A stretch of DNA of 64,000 nucleotides from an uncultured Pseudomonadota bacterium (GTDB taxonomy: Bacteria > Pseudomonadota > Gammaproteobacteria > CAJXQU01). The notes beneath the pieces were generated by a model. The model saw nothing but the letters and a program-made list of their open reading frames with translations, did no database searches and was not told the DNA's origin. Of the stretch, positions 11,331 through 22,445 are shown piece after piece (within the stretch, counting starts at the first letter, position 1; the number at the start of each line of letters is the position of its first letter). The position numbers and the translations under genes were made by a program. The DNA lies in NCBI GenBank assembly GCA_913058255.1, contig CAJXQU010000004.1, positions 95,302 through 159,301 on the forward strand, in the 5' to 3' direction.

Positions 11331-13115
11331 ATGCCACAGGACAGACAGAGCAATATATTAATGGTTGAAGAGTGTGACAACAAAGTTTCGTTGTGTGACC
11401 TGCTGTCTAAGCAAACGAAGAGTCGTTTCTTTACCGAACAAGTCTCAAGGCTGGATGACGCCATTATAAGTCTGCAGAACACTCACTTCGATGCCGTTCT
11501 TGTTGATCTGGATACAGAAAACTATGATGGATTAGAAGTCATTTCTGAAATACTCTCGTACGATCCAATAATGCCCATTGTCGTGACTGGCGTTGCTTCA
11601 AATGAAAAATTTGAGCTTGATACCATACATTTGAATGTGCATGAATATTTGCGTAAGGGGCAGTATGGAAGTGTTCAACTTGCCAGCACGTTAAGTTTTG
11701 CGATTGAAAGTAAAAAAAATCATCATCTTGAAGAGCTACGAGCACATTACGATCAACTAACGGGGCTTGCTAATAGGGCATTGTTTTATTCAGGTCTGGA
11801 AGAGGTCATTGTTGTATCGAAACAAGCAGGTCGGATGGCCAGTTTGTTGTTAATCAACCTTGATGATTTCTCTCAGATAAACAAAAAAAATGATAGTTTA
11901 GCTGGGGATGAAGTTCTCAAGCAAACTGCACTTAGATTAAAAGACTGTATTTCAAAATATAAACCTTCAGCACAACTGTATCATTTGGGTAGTGATGATT
12001 TCGCTATTACTTTAGATTCTGTAAATAAACCATCCGAGGTGACTTTTTTAGCTGAAAAAATTAATGCTTGTTTGTCTCGAAAAATGGACGTGAATATTGA
12101 AGGAAGTGAGCAACGAATTAAAGTAACGGCAAGCTTGGGGCTTGCGTTCTATCCACTATGTACGGATGCTAAAAGTCTGGTTTACTCAGCTGAGACTGCC
12201 TTATTCCGCGCTAAACATGCGAAGGTGGTTAAAGGTAATTTTTATAAAATTTATACCAAAGAGCTAAGCCAAGAAGATATCCGTAAATATTCAATGGAAA
12301 CAGAGCTTGAGTTTGCATTAGAGAAGGAGCAATTTCACCTTTATTATCAACCACAAGTGGACTTGCATACGGGTGAGTTAATGGGATTCGAAGCGCTGCT
12401 TAGATGGAACCACCCTAAGCTAGATCTTCTTTATCCCAGTGCTTTTATTGAACAAATAGAGACATCCGAACAAGGTTGGGATCTGACCGAGTGGGTTCTC
12501 AACATTGCCTGTAGACATCTAAAATCATGGCATAGTTTTGGAAATCCAAACTTAAAAATGGATATTAATATTTCACCATTTCAGCTAAGCGATCCTGAAT
12601 TGGTTTCTAAAGTAAAAAAAATTTTGAAAAAAACGGGTCTTGAAGCAAAGTATCTAGAGCTAGAGCTGACAGAAAGACAGCCGTTACCGCAATCTGTAAA
12701 TGTTTGTCACCGTAATATAAAAGCATTACGTGAGCTCGGTGTTTGTTTTGCCGTTGATGATTATGGAACGGGAAATAATTCCGATAGCTGTTTGCGACAG
12801 TTTCCTGAAAATACATTTTCAACGATAAAAATTGATCGTTCTTATGTAAAAGAAATAACCACGAATGCGACAACAGTCAAGTGTATAAAACGCGATATCG
12901 ATTTTGCACATAAGCTAGGAATGCAGGTGATTGCAGAGGGTGTAGAAAAACTTGATCAGCTGAGAATTATCAAAGATTTAGGAGCGGATATCGTACAAGG
13001 GTTTGTCGTTAGTGAAGCCGTACCAGCACCTTTACTCGCGGATGACATTTATAAAGGCAACTTTGATTTAGACAGAATTTACGAAAGGAACAGTCTGGCT
13101 ACAACTATTCATTAA
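11331..13115 (+). CDS. Response-regulator receiver - degenerate GGDEF - EAL protein (putative c-di-GMP phosphodiesterase)
   Basis: REC domain with phospho-acceptor VLVDLD. The GGDEF-like domain has GSDDF in place of GGDEF. The EAL domain carries the catalytic signatures EALLRW, DDYGTG, EGVE and QGF. Confidence 0.85.
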   Translation: MPQDRQSNILMVEECDNKVSLCDLLSKQTKSRFFTEQVSRLDDAIISLQNTHFDAVLVDLDTENYDGLEVISEILSYDPIMPIVVTGVASNEKFELDTIHLNVHEYLRKGQYGSVQLASTLSFAIESKKNHHLEELRAHYDQLTGLANRALFYSGLEEVIVVSKQAGRMASLLLINLDDFSQINKKNDSLAGDEVLKQTALRLKDCISKYKPSAQLYHLGSDDFAITLDSVNKPSEVTFLAEKINACLSRKMDVNIEGSEQRIKVTASLGLAFYPLCTDAKSLVYSAETALFRAKHAKVVKGNFYKIYTKELSQEDIRKYSMETELEFALEKEQFHLYYQPQVDLHTGELMGFEALLRWNHPKLDLLYPSAFIEQIETSEQGWDLTEWVLNIACRHLKSWHSFGNPNLKMDINISPFQLSDPELVSKVKKILKKTGLEAKYLELELTERQPLPQSVNVCHRNIKALRELGVCFAVDDYGTGNNSDSCLRQFPENTFSTIKIDRSYVKEITTNATTVKCIKRDIDFAHKLGMQVIAEGVEKLDQLRIIKDLGADIVQGFVVSEAVPAPLLADDIYKGNFDLDRIYERNSLATTIH

Positions 13116-13276
13116 TGATGGATATATCTGTTGATGCTGACGATATGGCTTACTGGGCACCCCTCCTGACTTTTAAAAAACACTTGATCTGACTGAGCTA
13201 GTCACTAGCCAATCGTTTTCCTTCGCTATTTATAGTAGGATCCGACGATTTTATTATTATCGTAGGATCCTCTGTC

Positions 13277-14375
13277 ATGTTAGAGTTAAATGCTATTTTT
13301 ATCCGCATCAAAGAGATGCAAGAGCGTGTTGATGCCCTCAGGGGGTACCTTTGACTACGACCTCCGGTGTGAACAGCTGACAGAAGTTGAGCGTGAGCTT
13401 GAAGACCCTGCTATCTGGAATGATCAAGAGCGGGCACAGGCTCTAGGTAAAGAAAGATCCTCTCTAGAAAAAATCGTCAATACCATCAAAACGCTTGATG
13501 GTGGTCTTAACGACGGTATTGAATTCCTTGAACTAGCCAAAGAAGAAAACGACGAAGACACGGTCAACGAAGTGATCAGTGAACTTGATAGCATGGAAAC
13601 GGGTTTAGCCGAGCTAGAATTTCGTCGTATGTTTTCTGGCGAAACGGATGGATGCAGTGCATTTGTAGATATTCAATCAGGATCAGGAGGCACCGAAGCG
13701 CAAGATTGGGCCGAAATGATCCTACGTATGTATCTACGCTGGGGTGAGCGACATGGTTTCAAAACCGAGTTGATGGAAGCTTCCGCAGGTGATGTTGCCG
13801 GAATCAAAAGTGCCACGATCAAATATGAAGGTGAATATGCTTATGGTTGGTTGCGCACAGAAACAGGCGTGCATCGTTTAGTCAGAAAATCACCTTTCGA
13901 TTCAGGTAATCGGCGGCACACTTCCTTTGCTTCTGTTTTCGTATCTCCTGTCATCGATGATGAGATCGAGATTGAGATTAACCCGGCTGATCTACGTGTG
14001 GATACCTATCGTGCTAGTGGTGCTGGTGGTCAACACGTCAATAAAACTGATTCTGCGATCCGACTGACGCATGAACCCACTGGGATTGTTGTGCAATGTC
14101 AGAATGATCGCTCGCAACATAAAAACCGTGCGAACGCGATGAAGCAGTTAAAGTCAAAACTGTATGAGCTAGAAATCCAAAAACGAAATGATGATCAGCA
14201 GGTATTGGAAGAAGGTAAATCTGATATCGGTTGGGGCAGCCAAATCCGATCTTATGTGTTGGATCAATCGCGCATCAAAGATTTAAGAACCGGTGTCGAA
14301 ACGGGCAACACTCAAGCAGTGTTAGATGGCGACCTAGACAAGTTTATCGAAGCAAGTCTGAAAAGTGGCTTGTAA
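13277..14375 (+). CDS. prfB: Peptide chain release factor 2, requiring a programmed +1 ribosomal frameshift
   Basis: Frame A (13277-13354) translates [25 protein letters not shown] then TGA. Frame +1 continues [39 protein letters not shown]... through the GGQ-containing RF2 body (SGAGGQHVN). The frameshift site is CTT TGA C. Confidence 0.95.
13340..13355 (+). promoter_or_regulatory. prfB autoregulatory frameshift cassette (internal SD AGGGGG + CTT TGA C)
   Basis: AGGGGG at 13340-13345, a 3-nt spacer, CTT at 13349-13351, TGA at 13352-13354, then C at 13355. This is nearly identical to the E. coli prfB site. Confidence 0.9.
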
Positions 14376-14425
14376 TTCGCAAATATTAAATTTAAAAATA
14401 TTAAGAAATTAATAAGAGAAAGAAC

Positions 14426-15949
14426 ATGAGTGACGCAAAAAACAGCAATGATAATAAACCTGAAGTCAGCGAACGAGATCAAGTAGCGCAACGCCGTGCT
14501 AAGCTAGATGAATTGCGTGAAAATGGTAATCCTTTTCGCAACGATTTTCGTCGTGATTCATTAGCCGCAAAATTAGAAGCTCGCTTCGGTGATAAGACGA
14601 AGGAAGAGCTTGAAGCAGAGCCGGTTAGAGTAACGGTTGCTGGGCGTATGATGACACGTCGTGTTATGGGCAAGGCATCGTTTGCACATCTACAAGACAT
14701 GTCTGGTCAGATCCAGCTTTACGTCAAACGTGACGATCTTCCCGAAGGTCGTTATGGTGAATTCAAACGTTGGGATATTGGTGACATTATTGGTGCTGAA
14801 GGCATCATGTTTAAAACCAATAAAGGTGAACTTTCAGTGTTGTTGGATGACATTCATCTACTAACAAAATCGTTACATCCGTTGCCAGAAAAATTTCATG
14901 GTTTGAGCGATCAAGAAACAAAATATCGTCAACGCTATCTTGACTTGATCATGAACGAAGGTGCGCGAGACACCTTTAGAAAACGGTCAGCGATTGTCGA
15001 CTACATCCGTCGTTATTTGATGGGCAAAGAATTTATGGAAGTTGAAACGCCAATGATGCAGGTCATTCCTGGCGGCGCAACGGCAAAACCATTTACCACG
15101 CATCACAATAGCTTAGATATGCAACTTTATTTGCGTATCGCACCAGAGCTTTATCTCAAACGTCTAGTGGTTGGTGGTTTTGAGCGCGTGTTTGAAATCA
15201 ACCGGAACTTCCGTAACGAAGGCTTATCAACGCGACATAACCCAGAGTTCACTATGTTGGAATGGTATCAAGCCTATTCTGATTATAATGACCTAATGGA
15301 TCTGACCGAAGACATGTTGCGATCAATTGCGAAAGATGTGATTGGAACAACGACGATTACTTATCAGGAAAAGGATTATGATCTGTCAAAACCATTCAAA
15401 CGAATGACGGTTAAAGAATCGATTCTAGAATTTAATTCAGATCTAACAATTGAGCAACTGGAGTCAATCGAAAGTGCAAAACAAATCGCTGAAGATTTAG
15501 GAATTCCATTAAAAGGCACTTATGGTTTAGGAAAAATTCAGATCGAAATTTTCGAAAAAACGGTCGAGGCGAAGCTTGATGATCCAACCTTTATCACCGC
15601 ATACCCAACGGAAGTTTCACCACTAGCTCGCCGTAATGATGACGATCCATTTGTAACTGATAGATTTGAATTTTTCTTAGGTGGACGAGAAATTGCTAAT
15701 GGTTTCTCAGAATTAAATGATCCGGATGATCAAGCCGAAAGATTCAAAAAACAAGTGGAAGAAATGGAAGCGGGTGATGATGAAGCGATGCATTTTGATG
15801 CAGATTACATACGCGCACTAGAGCAAGGCATGCCACCAACAGCGGGCGAAGGGATCGGGATAGATCGTTTAGTTATGTTCCTAACCGATTCACCATCGAT
15901 CAAGGATGTATTGCTGTTTCCACATATGCGACCTAAGGCTGAATCTTAA
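14426..15949 (+). CDS. lysS: Lysyl-tRNA synthetase (class II)
   Basis: 507 aa with class II aaRS motifs and an N-terminal OB anticodon-binding domain. The prfB-lysS operon arrangement is conserved. Confidence 0.95.
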   Translation: MSDAKNSNDNKPEVSERDQVAQRRAKLDELRENGNPFRNDFRRDSLAAKLEARFGDKTKEELEAEPVRVTVAGRMMTRRVMGKASFAHLQDMSGQIQLYVKRDDLPEGRYGEFKRWDIGDIIGAEGIMFKTNKGELSVLLDDIHLLTKSLHPLPEKFHGLSDQETKYRQRYLDLIMNEGARDTFRKRSAIVDYIRRYLMGKEFMEVETPMMQVIPGGATAKPFTTHHNSLDMQLYLRIAPELYLKRLVVGGFERVFEINRNFRNEGLSTRHNPEFTMLEWYQAYSDYNDLMDLTEDMLRSIAKDVIGTTTITYQEKDYDLSKPFKRMTVKESILEFNSDLTIEQLESIESAKQIAEDLGIPLKGTYGLGKIQIEIFEKTVEAKLDDPTFITAYPTEVSPLARRNDDDPFVTDRFEFFLGGREIANGFSELNDPDDQAERFKKQVEEMEAGDDEAMHFDADYIRALEQGMPPTAGEGIGIDRLVMFLTDSPSIKDVLLFPHMRPKAES

Positions 15950-15958
15950 ATTTTAGAC

Positions 15959-15986
15959 CTACGGAGCCTGTATCTAGGCTCCGTAG
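15959..15986 (+). terminator. Perfect 10-bp stem hairpin downstream of lysS
   Basis: CTACGGAGCC-(8 nt loop)-GGCTCCGTAG, starting 10 nt after the lysS stop codon. The U-tract is weak. Confidence 0.35.
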
Positions 15987-16474
15987 CAATGTTAATAGCT
16001 TTAAGAACCTTTCCCTCCAAAATGACCAAATTTGGTCTTGTGCTTTCAGTCTTACACCTTTCATTAAAACATCGAGCATTTCGCTGTAATCGTCAAATAA
16101 GCTAGAAGTCTATTCTATAACCTCTGATTTCGATTAATAAGTTAAGTCTCATCACTTGATTTGGAACTACCATTACTCTCCAATAAATATGTGTTAAGGA
16201 TTTTATTCAAAGGGCCGATACAGGAGGTAATTACCTTGAACTGAAGCATGTAGAACCAAAGGGATAAGTATTTCGCCTATCAAGTTTGTATCTAATTGGT
16301 TTTTGGATATGAAATTTTTGCTTCTTTTATTTAAGGTTCAAGCTAATAGAGTTTCTTGTTAAGTATTAAGCAAAATTAACATGAGCTATAAAATGACTAC
16401 CCTACTATTGAGTTGAGGGCAGTATAGGAATTTATATTTAATTGGATTAAAAGCGTCATGCGGGTTGAAATATT

Positions 16475-18214
16475 ATGTCTATTAATAAAATAATGTTGGT
16501 TTGTTTTTCATTTATCGGTGCATTTGCAGTATTGACTTTCACCTTTGTGTTCAAACTAAATGCTCTTACAGAAGATACTGAAAGGTTAGCTAAAGTAAGG
16601 TACCACTCCTATTTGGCTGCTGATGAACTACGCCAAAGCTCGGATGATCTGACGCGTCTTGGTCGGACTTATGCGGTCTCGGGAGAAGCCAAGTATGAAA
16701 AAATGTACATGGACATATTGGATATTCGGAATGGTAAAAAGCCTCGCCCGGATAACTACCATCGAATTTATTGGGATCTCGTTCTGAACTATGGAGACAA
16801 ACCAAAAGCTGATACAGAAACAATTGAACTCTCAAAAATAATGAAAGATCTTGGTTTTACAGAGCAAGAATTTTCAAAATTAAAGCAGGCACAAAAAAAC
16901 TCTGACAAGCTTGTTGCGATGGAAGTCAAAGCAATGAATGCCGTAAAAGGGAAATTTCAGGATGCACAAGGGGAGTACACCAACATTGGCATCCCGGACT
17001 TAGAACTGGCTAGGAATTTATTACACAGCAATGAATATCATCAGGAAAAAGCAAAAATCATGGCCCCGCTGGATGAGTTTCTGCATCTCCTCGAAGAACG
17101 TACTCAAATACAATTTATCAATACTGCTGAATCCACCAAAAGTTTGGTTCTAGTCAGTACTGGCTTGATGTTGCTGATTATTGTGACTGCGGTGGTAGGT
17201 TACATTATCCTCACTCGGTTCGTTACAAAACCTATCAATGAGATGTCAATGACTCTCAGCTATATAGGTAAAAATCAGGATCTACGCCCAAGGCTTGATA
17301 TGAAAGGTGGTTCTGAAATCATTCAAATTTCTGAAAATATCAATTACCTGATCGACAACTACTCTCTGACCGTTGAACAGGTAAATAATATTAACGATGA
17401 AGTCTCTGGCATAGTTAAGAGCATTACAGCACTTGGTCATGAAAATTTGAAGTTATCAAGCCAGCAGAAGAATGAAGTTGAGATGGTTGCTACGGCTATG
17501 GAACAAATGACAAACTCTTTATCTACCGTAACGGAAAACACATCCAGAGCAGAAGAACACGCAGCTAATGCTAACAAAGGGGCTTCCAGTGGGAAAACTA
17601 CGTTTGAAGTTGCATCCTCTGCATTCTCTTCATTGGAAACGGAGTTCGATGGAACTCGTCAGATTATTGATCAACTAGCTAGTGAAAGTAGCCATGTAGG
17701 AAATGTTCTAGATGTTATTAAATCTATTGCGGAGCAAACTAACCTATTAGCGCTTAATGCTGCAATTGAAGCAGCAAGAGCAGGCGAGCAAGGTCGAGGT
17801 TTTGCTGTAGTGGCAGATGAAGTTCGTTCGTTAGCTGAGCGCACACAAGCTTCTACATCAGAAATAGAAGAGATGATCTCAAATCTACAACACAAAGCAG
17901 AAAAAGCAACAAGCTCGATTAAAGAAAGTGCTGATAAAATAAAATCCGCAAGTGAAAGAGCTGAAACTGCAAGTAATGTTCTCGTCGATATCCAGACATC
18001 AGCTACGGATATCCATGCCTTGAATACAGTTATTGCCTCAGCAACCGAGGAGCAGTTAGGTGTTAGTACGGAAATAGCTAGAAATCTTGTCAATATCCAC
18101 GATTTATCAATTGAGCTTGATAGTAAAGTTCAGGACTTCAACCCTCTTATTTTGGATATACACAATCGTACTATGGCGTTACACAATCATGTGGCGCAAT
18201 TCAAAATAAAGTAA
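16475..18214 (+). CDS. Methyl-accepting chemotaxis protein
   Basis: N-terminal TM segment, a periplasmic region, a second TM segment, a HAMP domain and a C-terminal MA signalling domain ([34 protein letters not shown]). Confidence 0.9.
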   Translation: MSINKIMLVCFSFIGAFAVLTFTFVFKLNALTEDTERLAKVRYHSYLAADELRQSSDDLTRLGRTYAVSGEAKYEKMYMDILDIRNGKKPRPDNYHRIYWDLVLNYGDKPKADTETIELSKIMKDLGFTEQEFSKLKQAQKNSDKLVAMEVKAMNAVKGKFQDAQGEYTNIGIPDLELARNLLHSNEYHQEKAKIMAPLDEFLHLLEERTQIQFINTAESTKSLVLVSTGLMLLIIVTAVVGYIILTRFVTKPINEMSMTLSYIGKNQDLRPRLDMKGGSEIIQISENINYLIDNYSLTVEQVNNINDEVSGIVKSITALGHENLKLSSQQKNEVEMVATAMEQMTNSLSTVTENTSRAEEHAANANKGASSGKTTFEVASSAFSSLETEFDGTRQIIDQLASESSHVGNVLDVIKSIAEQTNLLALNAAIEAARAGEQGRGFAVVADEVRSLAERTQASTSEIEEMISNLQHKAEKATSSIKESADKIKSASERAETASNVLVDIQTSATDIHALNTVIASATEEQLGVSTEIARNLVNIHDLSIELDSKVQDFNPLILDIHNRTMALHNHVAQFKIK

Positions 18215-18275
18215 CAAGCAGGCGAACCCATATGATGTTCTTATAAGTCAGGCTTGCTAAAAGAGGAACCATAAT

Positions 18276-19451
18276 ATGAAGAAAATAATTGGCTTATTGG
18301 CCATGGTAATTACATTAATATCACTTTCAGCGAATGCAGCAAAAAAATTTGAGGTAGATGAAAATAAATGGATTAGCATAGGTGCAGGTCTTCGTAGTAG
18401 CTTTACTTCAATGGAAAACGCTTCCCCTGATGGTAATAGCAGAAGTAATGACTTTAACCTTGATAGTGCTCGCATCTATCTGAATGGCCAAATCACTGAG
18501 ACTATCAAATTTGAGTTGAATAGTGAGTGTATTTTTTGCGGTAACTCTGCATTGGAAGAATATACGGTGCTTGATGCTATCGCTAAATTTGATTTTTCTC
18601 CGAAATTTAATCTTTGGGCAGGTCGGTTGCTGGTTCCCGCAGATAGAGCTGAGATGAGTGGTCCATATTACGCAAATACTTATGACTTTAATAAAACACC
18701 GTTCTATTCAGCAGATTACAGCGTTGATTTTGGCGATGGAGGTGCGGGTGTTTATGGTCGGGATCACGGCCTGACAATATGGGGAGCCTTAGGTAACGAA
18801 GATCGCTTAACCTATGCTGTTGGTGCATTTAATGGTCTACAGGGAGGTTCCAATAAAGATGACAACCTCTTGTATGCTGCCCGCTTGAGCTATAACTTCC
18901 TAGACGTTGAAAATAATCCGGGTTATTACACAAGCAGTACATATTATGGAAAGTCTGACATTTTTACGATTGCTTTTGCAATACAACATCAGGAAGATGG
19001 CGCTGGTACAGAGGCGGCTTCGGCTGATTTCACGGGCTATAGTTTCGATGTATTATTTGAGAGAGTCATTTCCAATGGTGGCTTGGTTACGTTGGAAGGA
19101 GAGTACAAAGTATTCGATACCGACTTGTCATCAGCAGCACTTGGAGATGCTTCCTGTTTTTGTCTCTTCAGTGGCGATGCGATAACGCTAACAGCTTTGT
19201 ATATGATCCCAGCAAAAGTTGGAATAGGACAATTTCAACCTTATATGCGTTATACCCGAAATGATCCTGACTTCAGCTCAACACGCTCCGAAACGGAAGC
19301 CGGCCTGAACTATATTATTAATGACCATAATGCGCGAGTGTCAGCTTTCTATCAACATGGAGACATTGCGACAAAGGGCCTAAATTATCGGCCTGGAGCT
19401 TCTGGTGAAAAGATCAGCGCTTATAAGATTGCCTTCCAATTACAGTTTTGA
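18276..19451 (+). CDS. Outer-membrane beta-barrel protein (putative porin)
   Basis: Signal peptide MKKIIGLLAMVITLISLSANA, alternating amphipathic beta-strand character, and a C-terminal ...AFQLQF ending in Phe, the OMP sorting signature. Confidence 0.6.
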   Translation: MKKIIGLLAMVITLISLSANAAKKFEVDENKWISIGAGLRSSFTSMENASPDGNSRSNDFNLDSARIYLNGQITETIKFELNSECIFCGNSALEEYTVLDAIAKFDFSPKFNLWAGRLLVPADRAEMSGPYYANTYDFNKTPFYSADYSVDFGDGGAGVYGRDHGLTIWGALGNEDRLTYAVGAFNGLQGGSNKDDNLLYAARLSYNFLDVENNPGYYTSSTYYGKSDIFTIAFAIQHQEDGAGTEAASADFTGYSFDVLFERVISNGGLVTLEGEYKVFDTDLSSAALGDASCFCLFSGDAITLTALYMIPAKVGIGQFQPYMRYTRNDPDFSSTRSETEAGLNYIINDHNARVSAFYQHGDIATKGLNYRPGASGEKISAYKIAFQLQF

Positions 19452-19707
19452 TGTTTGAGTGATAGATGCGTCACGTTGATGGGCCGTTTGAAGTTTTATA
19501 AGGCATTAGCACTTGGCTTTAGCTGAGGATGCTATTAAAAAGCTGAGCTTACCTTTAAAACAAGGGATAGTTCATACTTTGATGGCTTCCTCACAGAATA
19601 TTTTATGAACCAGTTATTATAATTATAGAGACTGTCCTAGTTAACTACTTAAACTCACTTTTGCGCGACTGATTTAATTGAATTGTTGGGACGCTGTTGT
19701 TAAATCA

Positions 19708-19809
19708 TCATTCACATTCCTGCAAAAAGAGATGGAAGTGGTCTTTAGGAACACCATTGAATTTACGCATATGCCGTTTAGCTTGGTCACAAAAACGTTC
19801 TATTCCATT
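19708..19809 (-). pseudogene. Remnant C-terminus of an IS transposase (IS1595/ISXO2-like)
   Basis: The minus strand translates NGIERFCDQAKRHMRKFNGVPKDHFHLFLQECE*, matching the conserved C-terminal block of IS1595-family transposases (...FNGIPK.HFHLFLKECEWRFN). Upstream in-frame sequence is full of stops, so only about 34 codons remain. It is embedded in a 930-bp AT-rich non-coding tract. Confidence 0.5.
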
Positions 19810-20382
19810 AGTATGATTATGCTTATTTGCATATGATTAATTCTATAGTATTTAAACTCTGATACATTCAGGACGTTATAGCTTCTTCATGTACCGGTTT
19901 TAGCATCCGGTATGGAGGTGTAAAAAACTTGTCATTACGTAACTAATACAGGTACTCCATCATCTTTAAGCTGCTCACTATGGTTATATATTACCTAACG
20001 TAGCCGATGATAATAACCAGCTGTGGATTTACTGGCATCAGCTAAATAAGCTGCTGCTCGGGCAGTTGAAACAGCTACAAATAACTCTATTAAGCGACTT
20101 TATTTATACGAATTTAATTTGCTTTTTCTCATCCTGCTACCCTAAATTATCTTACTTGTTTAGGACAGATCTTTTTTATTATCATAAAAAATAAACTAAG
20201 GTTAGAAAAAGCGATATATAAATATCGTTTTCTTGGGCATAGTAATTGCTTTGTGTATAACTACGTGATGCTAACTTTTTCTATCAAGAAGTCGTCCTCC
20301 CATTTTAAGGAAGACCATTTTTATGGTTTTTGAATCTAGATCTAGAGAGAGTTCACATTTTTTTATTCCGTAGGAGGAATAT

Positions 20383-20919
20383 ATGAAAGGTGTAGTTTTT
20401 ACTTTATTGAACGAAATGGTTGAAGAACAGTTTGGTCTGGAAGCCATGGACACATTGCTTACTAACGCAGGTTTAGAAGGCTGTTATATTAGTACAGAAA
20501 CTTACCCTGACGAAGAACTCTTTCTTCTGGTAGAAGAAGCAAGCAAATTAACAGGTATTGATGCGAATGATCTAGTTCGAAGTTTTGGTGAATTTATGTT
20601 GCCTCACTTTCACAAGAACTACCCTACTTTTTTTGAAGAAGGTATGAATCTTAAAAGCTTTTTACTAACGGTTGATCGAGTCATTCATGTTGAAGTCAAA
20701 AAACTGTTTCCTGAAGCTGGCTTGCCAGAATTTAATTACATAGATGAAAACGATAATCAGCTTACAATGATCTACAGTTCTCCACGAAAATTATGTATGC
20801 TGGCAGAGGGACTAATCGCCGGCTCAGCAAAACATTTCAACACGCAATATTCTTTGATACATGATGAGTGTATGCATGATGATAAAGATGCCTGTCATTT
20901 ACACATCACTATACAATAA
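20383..20919 (+). CDS. hnoX: H-NOX (heme nitric oxide/oxygen-binding) sensor protein
   Basis: 178 aa; a proximal His is present (DRVIHVEV) and the Y-x-S-x-R heme-propionate motif (MIYSSPRKLC). Overall colinear with Shewanella/Vibrio H-NOX proteins. Confidence 0.85.
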   Translation: MKGVVFTLLNEMVEEQFGLEAMDTLLTNAGLEGCYISTETYPDEELFLLVEEASKLTGIDANDLVRSFGEFMLPHFHKNYPTFFEEGMNLKSFLLTVDRVIHVEVKKLFPEAGLPEFNYIDENDNQLTMIYSSPRKLCMLAEGLIAGSAKHFNTQYSLIHDECMHDDKDACHLHITIQ

Positions 20920-20927
20920 TACCGTAT

Positions 20928-21893
20928 ATGGACATCGCTGTTTTAGAACGTGCTTTTCAACGCGAAAGAAAACAAAGAAAGCATGCTGAAGAGCTGTTAG
21001 AGAACAAATCACGCGAACTGTTTCTCTCTTATGAAGAACTCAAGGAAGCACATAGTAGTTTGAGTGAAGCCCATGAAGAATTAAAACATAAACAACGGCA
21101 GTTAGTACAATCTGAAAAAATGGCTTCAATTGGCGTATTGTCTGCGGGTGTTGCTCACGAAATAAATAATCCAATCGGTTTTATTCTTAGTAATATAAAT
21201 ACATTTTCTTCCTATATGCCTATTTTTAAGAATGTACATTCGAAGCTTTTAAATATCACTGAAAAAACGGAAAGTCAGGCTGTTTTATATGAAAAAATCA
21301 GCATGGCAGCGGTCTATTTAAAAGATGAAGAAGTTGGTTACTTGCTAGAAGATGCCGGTGACATAATAGAGGAAACGACTGAAGGAATTCAGCGTGTTAA
21401 GGAAATTGTTGCTGGTTTAAAAGATTTTGTACGTGAAGATCAAGGAGAAAAAGAAAGCGCAAATATTAACGAGTCTATCCAGTCAACGCTTAAATTACTC
21501 AGTAACCAGCTTAAATATCATTGTGAAATAATCGAAAACTATGGTGACATACCTGATCTCCCTTGTCATATCGGTAAACTAAATCAAGTCTTTATGAATA
21601 TGATGGTCAATGCCGGTCAGGCTATTAAAGAGAAAGGTACAATTACAATAGAAACCAAAAAGTTGGGCAACCATATTATGGTTAGTTTTAGTGATACTGG
21701 CTCCGGCATTAGTGAAGAAAACCTAGCAAATTTGTACACACCTTTTTTTACCACCAAACCTGTTGGTGAAGGGACTGGCCTTGGTCTCTCTATTTCTCAT
21801 GGAATTATTGAAGAGCACGGTGGTGAAATTGATGTGGAAAGTGAGCTTGGTAAGGGCACAACATTCACGATCAAACTACCTGTTGATAGATAA
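20928..21893 (+). CDS. hnoK: H-NOX-associated histidine kinase (HnoK-like; no receiver domain)
   Basis: Coiled-coil N-terminus, an H-box (AHEINNPIGF), and an HATPase_c domain with N, G1 and G2 boxes (DTGSGI, GTGLGLSI). It starts 9 nt after the H-NOX stop, forming an operon. Confidence 0.85.
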   Translation: MDIAVLERAFQRERKQRKHAEELLENKSRELFLSYEELKEAHSSLSEAHEELKHKQRQLVQSEKMASIGVLSAGVAHEINNPIGFILSNINTFSSYMPIFKNVHSKLLNITEKTESQAVLYEKISMAAVYLKDEEVGYLLEDAGDIIEETTEGIQRVKEIVAGLKDFVREDQGEKESANINESIQSTLKLLSNQLKYHCEIIENYGDIPDLPCHIGKLNQVFMNMMVNAGQAIKEKGTITIETKKLGNHIMVSFSDTGSGISEENLANLYTPFFTTKPVGEGTGLGLSISHGIIEEHGGEIDVESELGKGTTFTIKLPVDR

Positions 21894-22445
21894 AGTTTAG
21901 ATATGATCTAAATCTTGACTCAAGCATAATTTTGGCAAGCTATGGCCCAACTGCAGCATTTATATTTAAAAAAAACTAATGTGAACACCTGATAAAAAAA
22001 GTATGTTGGCATTTTATTAGATCAGTAAAAACTGGCAAAAAAACAGTTAAATTAAGGCTGTCAGCGTTGTTAATTGGCTGTTTAGTTATTAAACGAGAGA
22101 GAAGAATACAGGCCCTCAATATTCTTAATTTATCTAGCCTAACTACAAATATATTTTAAAAGTGTGTCAAAGGTAACTCGCTCGGGGTATCTGGTAAAAC
22201 ATCAGAGACTTATTTTTAAGTTAAGTTAGCTCTGGGGAGAGTAAATCAATCAAGCCTAAACCTCATTGGTTTCAGGGAGGACTCTTGCGGTCATGAATGA
22301 TGAGTTGGGTATTTTACTCACAAGCAGCCTCCGAAGCTTGCATAAACAGACTTAACAATAAAGCGGAAGAAACAACCCTATTGTTGTTTTATTTTCATGT
22401 TCTATATACCGAACGTCTTTATCAACGCTCCTCCGAATAAACTTG

